Source: Mageeibacillus sp. UBA5439
GTDB taxonomy: Bacteria > Bacillota > Clostridia > Saccharofermentanales > DTU023
Length of the DNA stretch: 64,000 nucleotides
Direction of reading: 5' to 3'
Assembly: GCA_002427505.1 (NCBI GenBank)
Contig: DIRJ01000038.1
Coordinates: 45,659 to 109,658 of the forward strand
A program made the position numbers and the translations under genes. Under the pieces are notes generated by a model. The model searched no databases. It saw nothing but the letters and a program-made list of their open reading frames with translations, and had not been told where the DNA came from. Of this stretch, positions 62,823 through 64,000 are shown in pieces (the stretch's first letter is position 1; each line of letters opens with the position of its first letter).

Positions 62823-63416
62823 ATGGAAAAGTTATTATATATAGACTCCTGTATCCGCAGGGAAGCATCCCGTAGCAGACAAGCAGCTGATTATCTGATG
62901 AAAAAAATGGAAGCAAGCGGAAAATATGAAATTGAAACCCTCTGCCTGATGGACGAGCCGCTGCATTATCTTGGCGGAGATTTTTTCCTGCAGCGGGAGC
63001 GGCTGCTGGCTGAAGGCCGGCGCGACCACCGACGTTTTGATTACGCGCATCAGTTTGCCCGGGCGGATGTAATTGTGATTGCAGCGCCTTTCTGGGATCT
63101 GGGCTTTCCGGCCCTGTTAAAAACTTACATTGAAAATATCTCTGTGGACGGCATTACTTTTTACGCTGATACCGAAGGATGTCACGGCATGTCACAGGGA
63201 CGTCAGCTGATCTTCGTCACTACCCGCGGCGGTTATTATGAAAATACACCCCTGGAAATGGGCTCCCTTTACATGGAAGCCCTCTCAGTATTTTTCGGCA
63301 TTGATCAATACAAATGCTTCTTCGCCGAAGGTCTCGATATTGAAGGCAGTGATCAGAAAATGCTGATGCAGAATCTATTCGACCAAATAGATGAGTTTGC
63401 AGCTGACTGGACTTAG
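62823..63416 (+). CDS. flavodoxin-like-fold NAD(P)H oxidoreductase, AzoR-like
   Basis: ADVIVIAAPFWDLGFPALLKTYIENISVDGITF...VTTRGGYY is collinear with FMN-dependent NADH-azoreductase as I recall it. Confidence 0.7.
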   Translation: MEKLLYIDSCIRREASRSRQAADYLMKKMEASGKYEIETLCLMDEPLHYLGGDFFLQRERLLAEGRRDHRRFDYAHQFARADVIVIAAPFWDLGFPALLKTYIENISVDGITFYADTEGCHGMSQGRQLIFVTTRGGYYENTPLEMGSLYMEALSVFFGIDQYKCFFAEGLDIEGSDQKMLMQNLFDQIDEFAADWT

Positions 63417-63459
63417 TGCATATAAACGTGCCTGGCACCAATCCATGCACACGGGATAA

Positions 63460-63753
63460 CTATTTGTGCTGAAGCCGGTCTTTTCCTCCGGCTGCTTGCT
63501 TCTGTGCAGAGCCTTTGATCAGCTCCAGTTTCTGAGACCGACTGAGTTTCTTAATGGCAATCTCCCGGCTCAAGGCTTCCTCTTTGGTCGCATATTCTTC
63601 CAGGTGGCGCAACTCAACCGGATGTCTGCTGCGGGTATACTTGCAGCCGATTCCGGAATTATGTTCTTCCAGGCGTCTCTTAATATCAGTGGTCCAGCCG
63701 GTATAAAGTGTTCCGTCTTTGCATTCCAGAATATAAACGTAGTTCACAGGCAT
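63460..63753 (-). CDS. GIY-YIG nuclease family protein (UPF0213/YhbQ-like)
   Basis: Start moved to ATG 63753 (MPVNYVYILECKDGTLYTGWTTDIKRRLEEHNSG). The longer track ORF overlaps the upstream CDGSH gene. Confidence 0.85.
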   Translation of the reverse strand: MPVNYVYILECKDGTLYTGWTTDIKRRLEEHNSGIGCKYTRSRHPVELRHLEEYATKEEALSREIAIKKLSRSQKLELIKGSAQKQAAGGKDRLQHK

Positions 63754-64000
63754 CAGTCCCGGTCTGCTTTCCCGGTCTCCTTCAGACCGTCCTGGAATCC
63801 CTGATGCAAATGCTGGCCATCGCAAAAAGGCATGTTTTTTGACTGCCCACAGCGGCACAGGGCCATCCTGTTCCGAACTTCATAGCTGTCCCCATCGGCT
63901 GAAAACAGAGGCACATATCCTTTGACCGCGATGGGACCGCTCACATCTTTTTCCGGATCCTGCAGGATTTCAACTGCAGGATCGTAATCTGGTTCGATCA
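63753..64000 (-). CDS. CDGSH iron-sulfur domain protein (5' end probably beyond the right edge)
   Basis: CRCGQSKNMPFCDGQH fits CxCx2Sx3PxCDGxH. The frame remains open from 63945 to the window edge. The track's GTG 63944 is only a minimal start. Confidence 0.75.
   Translation of the reverse strand, partial: IEPDYDPAVEILQDPEKDVSGPIAVKGYVPLFSADGDSYEVRNRMALCRCGQSKNMPFCDGQHLHQGFQDGLKETGKADRD

Noticed and set aside
1-64000. Scanned for CRISPR arrays, transposases or IS ends, prophage genes, toxin-antitoxin pairs and rRNA.
   Set aside because: None found. The only repeats are short in-frame tandem repeats in acidic linkers and one 18-bp 3'-UTR duplication. No regularly spaced repeat-spacer pattern is present.

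Overview
This is a gene-dense 64-kb chromosomal stretch. I infer a Clostridia-type Firmicute from butyrate kinase plus phosphotransbutyrylase, an IspH-S1 fusion gene, MEP-pathway genes and a BMP-type nucleoside ABC operon. Most of it is core housekeeping:
- Left edge: the canonical rpsB-tsf-pyrH-frr-uppS-cdsA-dxr array on the minus strand.
- 8.9-18.8 kb: a long minus-strand array of L,D-transpeptidase, NusG-II protein, Gx-ApbE fusion, M50 protease, scpA, scpB-cmk fusion, plsC and ispH-S1.
- Scattered housekeeping genes: alaS, ispD, radA, one tRNA-Ala(CGC), and buk/ptb.
- Purine and pyrimidine salvage: adenine deaminase, an xdhABC-like molybdoenzyme, cdd, and a 7-gene BMP ABC plus double nucleoside hydrolase operon.
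- Transport and repair: an ABC exporter pair and an orphan rtcB.

I found no CRISPR array, transposase, integrase, rRNA or recognisable riboswitch. I also found no self-contained island with the look of a defence or mobile system.

The most interesting items are individual genes or architectures:
1. An eRF1/Pelota-like (baeRF-type) protein with a GGQ-loop look-alike, next to cdd.
2. A NusG-II gene followed by a Gx (ECF-S-like) membrane domain fused to the flavin transferase ApbE. A likely flavinylation substrate is encoded at the tail of the distant nucleoside operon.
3. Several unusual in-frame fusions joined by acidic linkers: ScpB-Cmk, an unknown domain fused to PepV, and a pseudo-PP2C-TM-LysM protein.
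4. Two conserved genes (ispH and an M50 protease) whose catalytic or ligand motifs lie upstream of any ATG/GTG/TTG, which implies near-cognate start codons.
5. A CAT/E2-fold acyltransferase whose catalytic His position reads Glu.

All functional calls come from reading the translations and recalling family motifs. No database search was run.
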